DNA of 64,000 nucleotides from Chlorokybus atmophyticus (taxonomy: Eukaryota > Plantae > Mesostigma and Chlorokybus algae). The stretch is from contig RHPI01003729.1 in assembly GCA_009103225.1 (NCBI GenBank), forward strand, positions 62,001-126,000, written 5' to 3'. A program made the position numbers and the translations under genes. Shown here piece after piece: positions 12,001 to 24,856 of this stretch (the first letter of the stretch is position 1; every line of letters begins with the position of its first letter). A model generated the notes under the pieces. That model had not been told where the DNA came from. It saw only the letters and a list, made by a program, of their open reading frames with translations, and searched no databases.

Positions 12001-15000
12001 TCGTGGCTCGCGCTCTGCGCAGTAAACAAAAGACTCTTGCGTTTTCCAAGCCCAAGCCTCTATCCATTGCGCAGTAAGTATAGGTCATAAAGATGCTGGA
12101 TTTGTGCCCATGAACCTGCTTGCTAATGAATTGCCGCAGTGTGTTTGAAGAGTTCCGGGCCATAGCAGCTGCACAAGGCTCGCAGAGTGTGGAGCGCAAA
12201 GTTGGCAAGATCAACGGTCTCATGATGGCTGCGAAGGATGTTGAGGCACAGTTCATTGTCCGCCAACTGACGGTGTGTAGCCAAGCAGTTGCGAACATGC
12301 TGGTTTTGGTTGATTGTCAAGCGTGAATTGCTACAACTGGCAGATTCTTCAAGTGTTGCATAGGTGCTGCTTGTACACACCTCTATGGCCGTTTGATTTT
12401 CTGTCCCGTCTCAATGCAGGGCAAGATGCGCATTGGCCTTGCAGAGCAATCAGTGGTGGCTTCCCTTGGCTTGGTGAGTGCATGCACCGATTCTTGTTTG
12501 CGCTGCATATAATGCACGCGAATGCTCAAGACGTGACATAAGGTTTCTTCTCTTTGCCTGTGCCTGTGCCTGTGTGTTGTAGTTTTGTGATTGGGTTGCT
12601 TCTTTTGTCATGTCGCTTTACAAGCAGGCACCTTGTCTGAGCTGTTGTCTTACCAATAGCTGGTTGCAGGCTTCGGTACTTGCAGAGCCTAATCTGTCAA
12701 CGAAAGAATTGCCAGACAGATTGGATGAAGCTATGCGCATCATGAAGCGGGTAACTATTACAGTCCTTTTGCACTTGTAATGAGCACATGATTGCACTGG
12801 TTGAAACGTCATGCTCAGCATCTTTGACACCCACTGCTTGTCCTCGTTACTTGCGCAACGAGTGGCTCCTGTATCTAACATCGCTGGTCGGGGCACAGGC
12901 CAACAGTGAGATGCCATCTTATGACCTTATTATTCCGGCACTATTGAAGTATGGGGTGAGCGGCATTGGGAAGCAGCCATTACAGTACTCAGCAACGTGA
13001 ATGTGGTGTCTAGTGGCCTTAAGACGTGCCATATTGTCAATCGCTGTATGTTGGTCAAGATGTTTTGCTCACACAATCCTGGCAGGTGCGAGAACTTCCC
13101 AAGCACTGCCAGTTCACGCTGGGGGTCCCTATCAGACCTATGCTTGCCAAGCCAACAAACGGCGTGTCTGAGGTGTTGGACAAGTTCCAAGACAGGGAGT
13201 TCACGTGCGAGTACAAGTATGACGGCGAGCGCGCGCAAGTACACATCCTTGACAATGGGTACGATCCGCAGAGCATGAGTGTTAAAGGAAACGAACAGCT
13301 TATGGTGCAATAGTCTGTCTCTACTTATGGTGTTCAAGTTGTCACTGACACTGAGCCATAAACACATGCTGCTTACATACAATAATGATGGCTGATGGCC
13401 AAAATTGCAGGGACGTGCGGATCTACAGCAGAAATCTGGAGGACAACACTGGCAAGTTTCCCGACATTGTCAGCGGCATCAAGCAGCACATCAAGCCAGG
13501 TGTCAAGTCCGCGGTGATTGATGCAGAAGCAGTTGCTTATGACCGCAATGAGGACAAGATTCTGCCTTTCCAGGTAAGATGGCCAGCATGCTTGCTGTAT
13601 ACCGTAAGTGCCCTTGATTCTCAGTACTAGCTGCTCAACCAATACTGCTCAGTGATGGGTTGTCGTATTTGTTGTGCTATCATGTGTTTTACCTACCTAT
13701 CCTCATTGGTTGCAACTGCTGTACAGATACTTAGCACCCGCAGTCGCAAGGCAGTTAGCGTGGAAAGCATCAAAGTGCAGGTGAGTTGTGGCTCAAAATG
13801 AAGCAGCAAAGCAGCTCATGATTGTCTTGCTTCACTTTTGGATGCAACTCTGCGATTCAGTTGGCGGCTTGCGGTGCAGGTGTGTCTATTCGCTTTTGAT
13901 TGCCTGTATCTGAATGGTGAGAGCCTTCTCCAAAAGAGTTTGACGGAGCGACGCGAGGCTCTGTATGGCGCATTTACTGAGGCTCACGGCTATTTTGAGT
14001 TTGCCAAGATCATGACGTCACGAGACACAGATGAGATCATGGTATGCATGCGGTAACCAGCGCTCACATCCATGCCCCTGCCTACAAGCTGTTACTGTCT
14101 GCCCCCATCTTGGTGATGTCTCTGCTTACTCCTTGTTTAGCTTAGGCATGTGTTACGGCGAATGCCTTGGCTTGAAATTACAGCAATGCGTGGTGAGCAG
14201 GCCTTCATGAATGATGCTGTTGATGCCAGCTGCGAAGGGTTGATCATCAAGGAGTTGACTGGTCATTCTACATACGGTATGCTGTCTTGAGAGCAACTGG
14301 CAACTTACTCCTGGCTGCTACTGTCATTGTGCATCATGCTGTAACATGACGACGTACACTGCACAGAGCCTTCAAGGCGGTCCAACAACTGGCTGAAGTT
14401 GAAGAAAGATTACATGGAAGGAGTAGGTGACTCTTTTGACTTGGTTGTGATTGGTGCATTCCATGGACGAGGAAAGCGCTCGGGTGTTTATGGCGCCTAC
14501 TTACTGGCTTGCTATGATGATGAAAACGAGGGGTATCAGTCCTTGTGCAAAGTTGGTACTGGTTTTTCTGAAGAGATGCTTCAAAGTCTCTACAATGGGC
14601 TTGCGCCTCACATTATCCCTCAACCGCGTCCGTACTATCAATTCGGTGACTCGTTGGACGTGGCAGTCTGGTTTGACCCTGTTCAGGTACATTGTGTTTA
14701 AGATGGTTGGCTTGCATGGTGCATGATTGGCTGCCTGTGCTTGAGCAATCAGCGTCCGGTTGATGTCTCTGCAGGTTTGGGAGATCAAAGCGGCTGACCT
14801 GTCCATAAGTCCTGTCCATCAGGCTGCCCATGGAAAGTGTGCTCCAGGAAAGGGCGTTGCGCTGCGCTTTCCTCGATTTCTACGCTTGCGCGATGACAAA
14901 AATCCTGAGGATGCAACCACAGCAGACCAGGTAGGTGACATTGGGCAAGCGAGTCCAGTTTGTAACCTTATGCTGCATCCTTAGCGTGACAACACTTGTC

Positions 15001-15117
15001 CACTGGCTTGAACTGTACACCTTGTTGCAGGTTGCAGAGTTCTACAGAAAGCAATTTGCCAACAAGAAAGGTGGTGCCAACAAGGCAGCAAAGCAGGATG
15101 ATGATGATGACTGGTAG
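9071..15117 (+). CDS. LIG1: DNA ligase I (ATP-dependent), multi-exon
   Basis: [11 protein letters not shown]-box-like N-terminus and S/P/K-rich disordered region, then WPPGK...[58 protein letters not shown] (motif I, catalytic Lys ~13215), [80 protein letters not shown]. Stop at 15115-15117. A second in-frame ATG lies at 9254. Confidence 0.95.
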
Positions 15118-16015
15118 CACACAGTCATCTATATTATCAGTAAACCAAACGTCGCGTTGGCCTACGTGTGGACCTTGTATACCCTTTGCATGGTACCATT
15201 GATTGCAGGGCCAGCTTCGCGCTTGTTGTGGTACACTTTGTGTTTTTGACACAGCTTGCACAGCGCAACGGATAATTGTATTAATGTATGTTGATCAATT
15301 TGCAGCTTGCAGTACAGAATTGCTTGGATAGGTAGATGTACAACTTGTGTATTCCTTGAACATGTCGTCTCCTTTCGCTTTGTATTTGGGAGCGTCGTCG
15401 TCGTCAATCGTGTGCATTGATTACAGCCATGCCAACTGGGATACCGTAGCAGCTGACACTCGCAGGCATACAGTAGTGGTATCTCATCCTGTATGCGGTC
15501 ATCATGATGTGTGCAAAGCAGTGTTCGGTGTGGTCGCATTCGAGGTCATCCAGTTGTACACAATATGCAATGTGGGGTGTATACTATATAGTATCCAGGG
15601 GGGTGTCCATGGACGCAGAACCTGTGCTTACTAGCATGTGGCGCTTGTGTCGCAGGTGCGCTAGCATGCAAGCTATCATCGCCACTGTCCGCGCCTGCAA
15701 AGCCATATGAGTATTACTTTACGTGATGTGTACTGGGTAGGCAGCTACGCATGCTAGCATATCATGGCGTGCGCACTCTGTCTTATCATGCTGCCATGCC
15801 GCACACATGCACTCATGCCAGTTCCAACAGCATGCATAATAACCTTACATTCAACGCCGCTAGGCTACACTGTGCGCTACCTCTAACTTCACTACCCCAA
15901 CATGCAACCACCACAGCGGCAAGCATTGCCGTAGTACCTGCCATACGTCCGCCTGCGCGTCAGTGCTGCTGACTTGCATGACCATCACGCGCAAGACGAA
16001 TAGCCGACCCCCCCN

Positions 16016-16225
16016 GGCAAGAGGCCTCGTGCGGGCGGACGCAGCGTCTGGCGGCGCAAGGTGCTGCAATGCAGGTTGCGGAAGTCGCTTTGCGTCTCGG
16101 CCAGCGCTTCTGCTGAAGGCAAAGTCAGCGCTGCGTCTGCCGCTCAGACGCTTGTAAGGTGAGAAGGCTCATCTAACATGTGACTTTGTGTTACCGCAGC
16201 TTCTGCATTGGGCATAGCGTGTCTA
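16016..16225 (+). repeat. 210-bp exact copy of 22561-22770 (MraY exon 1 / intron 1), starting at a single N; probable assembly artefact
   Basis: Identical at offset 6545, with N at 16015. Confidence 0.9.
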
Positions 16226-17732
16226 CCCCGCCACTCCCAAACCCTCCACCGCTATAGCCGATGTTGCTCCCTGTGTCGCACTTTAAAGTTGTAGTGCACT
16301 GCCCCCTCCTTGCGTGTGCACGATAGACAACATGTAGCACTTAAGGCCACTGCACGTGTACAGCCTACTGTATGATTGTGATTGAGTAGGGTAGCATTGG
16401 ACACCGCACACCACAACCGCCACTTGGCACCCGTGTAATATATTCATCGTCATCTTTAGGGTTTCGTTAGTTCGGCAGCAGGGGCACTGCTGACGTCACA
16501 CATGTCATGCATGCCGCAGTATTCCCTCCGCCGCAGTGGTCATGTGTCCGGAGTCGGTGCCGACTGCTCCCCATGCACGTGTTGTGCACTCGTGCTGCCG
16601 TGGCTCCCGCCTGTGGCCGTGTCTGTCTGTGCTTCCAGGGGGCTCTACAAGCTACTACGCGACCTACACATACTAGCGCTCCGGCCAAGCGCTGCAGATG
16701 CACCCATACATACCACAACCGCATGCATTGCACACAACCTGCTACCTTCCCCCTACAGGCTTCAGATTTATACATGTCAGCAGTGGTGATGTATGTCAAG
16801 CATTGAACCTGCTATGGCTGCGGCACTCACATACGTGGATGGCAATTGTGTGCGGATTAACCACATTACGTGCTATCTGTGTGCGTTATATGGTTTGCGT
16901 GTATATAATTGGTGACATGCTATATGACGTGCTGTTGTGCACACGCATAACCATGCAACATGCACACCACCCAAGCAGTGTGTGTAAGAAGTAGTGCAGG
17001 CGGAAACATCATCATGCTTGCATGCATGCATGCGTGTTGATGCTTTGTGGCCCCTTTCTCTATGCTCACTTCAAGCATAAGTTATGCTTGCATCATCAAT
17101 AGGCTAGTAGGGCTTGCAATTGCGGTTACTGTTGCTAACACTATTCGTAACCACATCCCTGCTGCTATGATATGCAACTCCTCCACCTTGCCTTGGTTAT
17201 TCTGCACGTACTAGTATAAAATGTTTACAGCTTGGACTCATTAAGATATACCGTCCATTATGACAATATGTCTATCATAATATTTTTGCATTATTTGCAT
17301 AATACATCGTATAACTTGCATCCAGTAAGATTTTAATCATCATTTTATATAAGCAATGATTAAAGCATGTTTCATACAAGAAGCAATGCACAAGTCATGT
17401 GCTCTCAAGCACTTGTGGGCTTATGTCGATTGATTGATTCATTTTGCACCCTTGGTTTTAGCTTTGGCTCGGAGAACTCGAGATGGACCAAGAACCAACT
17501 TGGGCTTACAAATCGCTATACACCCCAACCATACATCCGGAGAGATTGACACTTATCCGAGATCTCAATCTCTATCGCGATCTCTGAAGCTCGTCACATC
17601 CAACGGCGCACAGTTGGCTGCGTCATAAACGCAGATCAACCGATATCCGCCTCACGTGACTCACATCAAGAAAATAATCCACAACAATCCACAATTATCA
17701 CGCATGCAGCACACACACTTGGCTGGGGCTGC

Positions 17733-17740
17733 TATATAAA
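17733..17740 (+). promoter_or_regulatory. TATA box of the LEA-like gene (G-box CACGTG at 17653-17658 upstream)
   Basis: TATATAAA 132 bp upstream of ATG 17872. Confidence 0.6.
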
Positions 17741-17871
17741 GTAAGTAAGCAAAGCTTGAGTCGTAAAGTGTGTCAGCGTCATTGCAATCTTTAGCTTTTG
17801 TTTGTAGTGCGTTGTGTCATCTGGGCGCTTGACAAGTTAGACTCAGCTATACACGCATCCACATACACACA

Positions 17872-18360
17872 ATGGCTTGCACAAGCGCCATCATGATCGC
17901 CGCCCCAGTCGCTGCTCGCCCCGCCACCCTCTCCATCCGCCGCACCAACCCTGGTAAGCACAGTTACTGTAAAGGCCATGGTTGAGTTGCATTGAACTCT
18001 TGAAGGCATGCAATGAGCTGGCATTGATAGTGTCAATGCGAATGTTTGGCTTGCATGCGTCCATGCCGTAGTATGCGTGTGACTCATTCTGCTTGTGTGA
18101 TTGTTTGTTCATCAGTTGTGAAGAGGTCACTGGTGTGCAAAGCTGCGGAGAAGGGTCCCCTGGAGAAGGTGAAGGAGGTCGTGGAGGAGGCTGCCAAGGA
18201 CGTGGAGAAGAAGATTGAGACCCGGGAGCTGACCGACCCCCGTGACGTCAAGAGCGGCGCCAACAAGGCCGGCAATGCTGCTGGCAATGCCGCCAAGGAC
18301 GCCGGCAATGCTGTCAAGGATGCTGTCGACAACGCCAAGAAGGCCGTTAGCAAGGAGTAG
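17872..18360 (+). CDS. Small plastid-targeted LEA-like (group 3-like, A/K/D/E-rich) protein, 2 exons (17872-17953, 18116-18360)
   Basis: MACTSAIMIAAPVAARPATLSIRRTNP|VVKRSLVCKA (transit-peptide-like, ending in VCKA), then AEKGPLEKVKEVVEEAAKDVEKK...GANKAGNAAGNAAKDAGNAVKDAVDNAKKAVSKE. GC3-rich codon usage and a TATA box support expression. Confidence 0.75.
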
Positions 18361-20104
18361 ACTGGTCTACAGCGGTCAAACATTTTGCTGCACATGTACA
18401 CATGTACACGGGTAATGTAGAATATTGCTGTCTTGCGATTTTGCAGTAGACAGTATGTTGTATATAGTCGGTTGCCATGATGTGAAGAAATAACTTGTTT
18501 CTGCAACGCTCTGTTACACTTTCCCCTGCTCTGTGTGTTCGTGGCTGCCATTGCCATGAACATTCTGACAGTGTGTACAATTACCTTTGGTACTGCCCAG
18601 ATCGTAGCATCTGCAACACAGCAGCAAACATTGTGACTCACTTCTGGAGGATGATAATGTTCAATGCGTACAGAGGTGGGGTTGTGACTACTGTACTGTA
18701 AAATACGACATACTTGATTGTGATATGTGGTGTCCTGCTGCATTCACATACTGCGGTACAAAAAATGAAATCACACAATTTTTAAAAACTTGGCGGTCAC
18801 ATAACATAACAGTTGCATGCAGCCAATGCATGCATATTACACGCAAGTTTGTCAATGGCAGCCAACAGCTGGCGTACCTGGTTGACAGTCAGTGCACCGA
18901 CTGCGATGCATGTGATTTCCTGCTACATGCACTACATGCACACCACTATTGCATTCAACTCAACTCTTGTTACTGCTGTTTCATTGCAGCTGTTGCTGTT
19001 GCCGTTGATGCATGCAATATGGTATAACTGTAGTTATAATAGCTAGGCCTTGCACCATGTATCAACAGAGGTACAGGCTTACCTCGCTTTCTTGCTACCA
19101 CAGGAGGGAGAGGGCGTCCGTGTCCTCCTGCTGCTCTCTCTCTCCATATGTATATTATGTCAAACGGTTACAAGGTCCAAGTGTCGAAGCCATAACGTTA
19201 ACACAATAACGCAAATCCAAAGCAATCACAACGCGAAGGCACATGACAATACAACATGAGCGCTAGCGCATCAGCTGCGCAGGCCTCACGCCAAGAGCAC
19301 TGCCACGTTGGACAGGGTCGTCACAGGAGCAGGTCATGGTGGCGGCCAACCCGGAGCTGCACACACGGCCGTCGTCGCGCTCTGCAATAGAGCCACGCCC
19401 GGAGCTCGCTGTAGTGCACAAGCAATTCGGTGCCTGTACAAGGACACGAATTTGGACATACGTGTCGTATGCAACCCCCGATGCTTAACTACACGGCGCG
19501 CGCAGTTAGTAATCAGCTCGTGGAAAGAAGCTCCCAGGAGCTGCTGCTGTCGTCGCTGCTGCTGCTGCGAACGGGACGCCAACCATGGCGCTTGTGCAGG
19601 TGATTGCCACTATGCGTGCATGCATGTCTAACAGGGGGGCATGTAGTGATAGGGGTAGGGGTAGTTGGTAGATGGCGTGCAAGCGCATGCCCTAGGCCGG
19701 TCAAGTTGGTGAGCGACTGCTGTGGTGGTGGCATGCCATGTTCACATAGATTTGCGTGTGCGAGTTCTGCCTTGCATCTTTTGTACACACTCAATATATA
19801 TTCTGTCAACCCTGCAGCAGAACGTGTGTAACGCAGTTTGCAACAAAGTTGACTTTAAAGTTAGTGATGTTCTGACTTACCTCCACACAAATCACATTGG
19901 TCAATCTTTTACAACGTAGTCTGTGATGCAGTGTGGACAAAGCTAATTCATACTTGTGATGTACTTGTTTTGCCCTCACGTCACTGCCAGACACAACTGA
20001 CTCAAGCACCTGCACAAAGATGTAGCAACCGATGTTACCAAGGTGTAATGTTGGCGTATCCTCAGTCCAAAACTCCCTACCAAGCAGCTCCACGTTACAC
20101 GCCG

Positions 20105-22219
20105 TCACCTGCGTCGCGACAGCGAGAGCGACGCAAACACGCCCGGCCTTCGCTTTGATAGCCGAGTCGGCTCCACAGCAGACTTTCTTGACGGCTGCTC
20201 CGCATCCAACACCATCTTGGGGCCAGCTTCGGACTTGGCCGCCCGCGCTGTGGTGGCATCCGACTGTTGTTGTGTCCGCGGCTTGCCAAATTGGCCAAAC
20301 TGACTAAACAGTCGCTGTACAGACCAAAATGGCTAATCAGTTATCAATAGTTGGGATATGTAGATGTGTTGTATTGCACTGTGTCATGACACCACGTACA
20401 GTGGTGATATAGTACACAAGCTTTCATACTTGTGCGCTCATGGAGATGGAAGCGAGTGCGGTGGAGACCGGCCGCAAGGGCGACTGTGGCACGGAGGCCA
20501 TCTGCATCTGCGGGGCGCCCCGCTGCGTGCTTATGCTCTTGGTTTTGTCGGTGGCCGCCTGCGTGTTGTTTGCCTTCTGCACCTCCTTGTACGCATCTGC
20601 TATCGCCCACAGGGCCTTCTGACCCTCCACCACCTCCTTTGCCGCCGCCGGAGGCACCTAACAATGCACGTCTGCGTTTTGATGTGCCGAACCACCAACA
20701 CTATTCAAGAAGCCGTTACATAAATTAACCAGTATCACACCTCAAATTCATCTCCGAGGGGGCCAGGTGCCAAGAACTCTGCGCCAGGGGCGTATATGAG
20801 GGGATTCGTGTCGTGTTGTTCCTCGGGTGGGACGGGTACCTCTGCAAGCAAGTTACACTCCATTTTGGCGTCCATGGCAGCAATAGTGGTATAATGTAAA
20901 CCCGTGGAATGCTTACCGCCGTCTGGCTTGTGGAGGTAAAGCCGCGCCCTGGCAGCCATCTTCTTGGCCGCGTCTGCAGCCTTGTGAGCCTCTTGCGCTG
21001 GACACGCCATGTCGTCTCCAACAAAGGCGTCTTCCAGCCACTCTCCCTCTTCCAAGACATCATCCGGATAGACCTGTTTAGGGTGTTTGAGGTGTTGCTC
21101 TGACCAGTTACCAATGACATTGACCAATGACGTTGACCGAAAGCAATGACCTGTGCCAACAACTTGCAGCTGCTTCTTATAAGCATGCTCATAACTTGCT
21201 AACACTACTTTAGCATAGCAGCGTGCTTGCTTAGTAGCGTCCGTGCTTGTGCGAATGCATGTCACATGCGCGTACATGCTTGCACCCTACCTGTGTTCCT
21301 GATACACGTATACCACACAACTGCTACATGCCAGTTGAGAGGCCATGCATTAACACAAGAGCAAGGTACTGACTGCTCTACCTTGACGCCACAGCCGTGC
21401 ATGTTGTTGTTCTTCCACTGTCCGTAAAACGTGCTGTCCGTGTCTTTCCAGTAGTACACTCCATACCCAGTCATCTGGTTGTCTCGGTACTCGCCCTCAT
21501 AGCGATCCCCATCCTTGTACATGAACACGCCGCGATACTGACATACTCCACCCTGGCATCAACACAACTTGATCAGCTCATTCAATTGTGCATGTAATTT
21601 TAGCTTCACTCCGGTGTTGTTGACTGCTGCATTTTACATGCAAGAAGCCCCGTCACACATCCAGCGTTGCAAAGCCATGCATGTCTTCCATAGCAATGCG
21701 TCCGTCAAAGCTCAAGGAACAACGTGGCATGAAGCGAAAGTTTGTATTTGCTTAGCGTGTGTAGCATAGCAGCGCACGTGAACAGCTTCAACTGGGAGGC
21801 TACTGCATGTGTCGACCAGTCAATGAGACTGTATCGTGCACAATTGATATAAAGAAGCCGAAAAGCGCAAACTGTCAACCATGTAACAATAGCCAACAGC
21901 AGCACTACATCATGCAAGAGTGGATCCCTATTAAGCTTGTCTTTGCAGCAAGCGCCGTGCCTGTCCGCCACTACTATATACACGCACTATACGACCTGAG
22001 AATGCTTGTACGCGACCTTTATACATGAAAAAAATCCTGTGAATGCGAGCAAGCACTGCATAGAATGGCTTAGGATCTCATCAGCAGCTGCCGCAGCCAT
22101 GATCGGCGTAGAGTGATAAAGTGCATTGCACTCTAGAGAAACGGCACCTCTTTCATGAGCCCCTCGTACATGGCGCCATCAGGGTAAACCACCGACTCCC
22201 AAGTGATGTACTTCGACAT
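20105..22219 (-). CDS. TIC100: MORN-repeat protein, TIC100/EMB1211-like chloroplast translocon subunit
   Basis: VYPDGAMYEGLMKE|GGVCQYRGVFMYKDGDRYEGEYRDNQMTGYGVYYW...FYGQWKNNNMHGCGVK|VYPDDVLEEGEWLEDAFVG...AARARLYLHKPDG...QHDTNPLIYAPGAEFLAPGPLGDEFE|VP. This resembles, from memory, plant TIC100 GQWKHSRMHGCGVY...AAKARMFVNKPDG...APGFINQFYEVP. The last exon ends VFASLSLSRRR* (TGA 20105-20107). Start is 22219 or 22312. Confidence 0.75.
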
Positions 22220-22291
22220 GTTTCCTCGCGGATGTCCCGGCCGAGGACGCCGACACTGCCAACCAGATCGCTGGAGTGGTCGCCGCCACTT

Positions 22292-22370
22292 TAGGGTTTT
22301 ACGCACAAGCATTGTGCGCTGGGCCTTATCCGGAAACGCACAAGCCTTGTGCCCAAGCGTGTAAACCCTA
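22292..22370. promoter_or_regulatory. Two oppositely oriented telo-boxes in the TIC100/MraY bidirectional promoter
   Basis: TAGGGTTT at 22292-22299 and AAACCCTA at 22363-22370, lying between the divergent ATGs at 22219 and 22492. Confidence 0.55.
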
Positions 22371-22491
22371 GCTCTAAACCCAACATGCCACAACCAGACG
22401 CACTCCCCGCGCTTGTTGTGCTTGTGTCCTGCTTGTGTCTCTACTGGCTGTGTGCAGCTCTGTTGGTGTGCAGCTCCTTGTCGGCGACGTC

Positions 22492-24856
22492 ATGGCGCAT
22501 GTCGCCGCCGCCGGTTGCTGTCTCTGGGGTCCAGGGGGAGCTGTTAGGCTAATCAATGATGGCAAGAGGCCTCGTGCGGGCGGACGCAGCGTCTGGCGGC
22601 GCAAGGTGCTGCAATGCAGGTTGCGGAAGTCGCTTTGCGTCTCGGCCAGCGCTTCTGCTGAAGGCAAAGTCAGCGCTGCGTCTGCCGCTCAGACGCTTGT
22701 AAGGTGAGAAGGCTCATCTAACATGTGACTTTGTGTTACCGCAGCTTCTGCATTGGGCATAGCGTGTCTATTGCAATCAGCAATGCACAGAGCCCTCGCA
22801 ACGCTGGCATTACTTTGTAGCGCTGATCTGACATAGAATCTAGCCACGAGTGTTCATATGAGCATTTTATCATAGTGCCGAGCGCTGTGTTCATTCATAG
22901 CAGAAGAGCCACAAGAGCAGTGGGAGCAGGCAAAGTGACGGACAGGTGCATGCCTGTACTTAGTAGCAGAACAGCCACGATGACTTGTGCCAGAGTCAGT
23001 AACCTTATCACGCACAGTAGCTTTCTGAAGTCATTGCGTCTGAGCTGCTAAGTCAACATTTGCGATGAGACTGTCAGCATGCTGGGGGTGATGAGAGCGG
23101 ACATTGCACAGGAAGCACTGTTTGACCTATACCTCTTGCAGCAAATCTGCAGGGCCCGCTGGGCCGTTGACTGCGGTTGCCATTGGAGCTGCCACAGCTG
23201 TCGCTACCAGCTGCATTGGCCTGCTCCAGCCCTTTGTGTTGTCAGCCACTGCTGCGGCGTTTGCTGGCTATGCATGCGTGCCAGTGCTGCACAGACTCAA
23301 GGCCGGACAGGTAAGCTGCGATTTGCATCTGCATGACATAGTGCAATGCATTGCCTGTCCAGCATACCTTCTTTGGTTGCGCACGAAGCACATCAACAAC
23401 TTGGACACTGGCTGACTTACTTGTGCAGGTCATCTGCAGGTGATCCGAGATGACGGGCCACAAGCACACCTCATCAAAACCGGAACTCCGACCATGGGAG
23501 GGCTGTACTTTATACCTGTAGGTGCGGTGCAGGCAAGCATGTGTATGAACAGCAACGTCCATTTTGTCGCCCTGCAGCAGCTTTGGGCATGCAAAAGGTT
23601 ACAATTGAGCTATTTGCTGACACTACTGCAACGTGCAAGCATTGTTTATAGTTGTACTGGTTCGAGTTCCTGACAGCAGCTTGCTCTTGTTTGGGCTCTA
23701 CCAATAGGAGTGGCGCTTGCTGCTGTATGGACCAAATTTGATCCCGCAGCTCTGGCCGTTGGAGCTGTCACTTTGGCCTTCGGTGCAGTGGGCTTTGCGG
23801 ATGATTGGCTGAAGCTTACACGCAAGTCGCATGCTGGGATATCGCCCAAGGCTAAGCTAATTTCTCAGGTAGGGGACTTTGAGTCCCCAAGGACTAGAAC
23901 ATCACACTCTCGTCCGCACTTGCTGTTAGCAACAATATGGCCACAATGCAAAAAGCCACTCACGTGTTTGTAATCGTCAATGTTCCATGCTATAGACGTT
24001 TGTCGGAGCGTGTTTCCTTGCGTGGTTGTCAACGCAGCAACTTTCCCTACCATGGCCAAGGTGAGAACTTGAGATTTGTTCCCGGACGTAGCGTGCAGTC
24101 CTATAATGCCAAACTGACAGCCATGTAGTTGTGGTTGACACGCAGTGTCACTGCAGGACATCAATCCCCCTCCTGCCATCCATACTCCTTCCCCTCGGTC
24201 TCTTGTTCTACCCGTTTGCTCTCTTTTCCATGTGCGCCATGAGCAACGGTGTCAACCTGACTGACGGCCTTGACGGTCTTGCTGCCGGCACTGCAGCCGC
24301 TTGCTTCGCTGGCCTCGCTGCAGGAAGTATCACCCTCGCACCAAGTATATATGTTTGTTGCAAATTATGACAATCTCTCGGCCTGGGGCAGCACTCGCAT
24401 CTTGGATAATGTTACTCTGGCATCATGAATGTGGTCTTTGTGTCCACTGTGTGTTCAGGTGTCGCGGTGTTTTGTGTTTGCATGGCCGGCGCGTGCGTGG
24501 GTTTCCTAGCTCACAACCGACACAAAGCGAGGGTGTTCATGGGCGACACAGGTTCGTTGGCTCTAGGTGGTGCACTAGCTGCAGCCGCGAGCGTGACGGG
24601 CCTCTTCGCACCACTACTTGTCGCTTCTACAGTGTTTGTTGCGGAGACACTCTCTGTCATCCTGCAAGTGACATACTACAAGGCTACAAAGGGACCTGAT
24701 GGCCAAGGGAAAAGGCTGTTTAAGATGGCTCCACTGCATCACCATTTTGAGCTGGCTGGCTGGAGAGAGACGACCGTTATAGCAGGTTTTTACGCCGCAT
24801 CCTGTGCATTTTCTTTGCTGGGCGCCGCGCTGGCGTTGCGCATACAAACGCTGTGA
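22492..24856 (+). CDS. mraY: Phospho-N-acetylmuramoyl-pentapeptide transferase (MraY/translocase I) with an N-terminal transit-peptide-like extension
   Basis: LKAGQ|[30 protein letters not shown] (DD), [48 protein letters not shown] (HHH). All catalytic motifs are intact. Stop at 24854-24856. Confidence 0.95.

Noticed and set aside
15162-16015. Possible spliced minus-strand gene (GRLFVLRVMVMQVSSTDAQADVWQ| ARTVAMIACMLAHLRHKRHML|)
   Set aside because: Plausible splice sites, but no recognisable family, and the 5' end is cut by the N/duplication artefact. Not supportable.
19260-19690. GC-rich island with a 14-nt inverted match (TGCACAAGCGCCAT) to the LEA-like gene start
   Set aside because: No continuous ORF or recognisable product, and a single short match can be chance.
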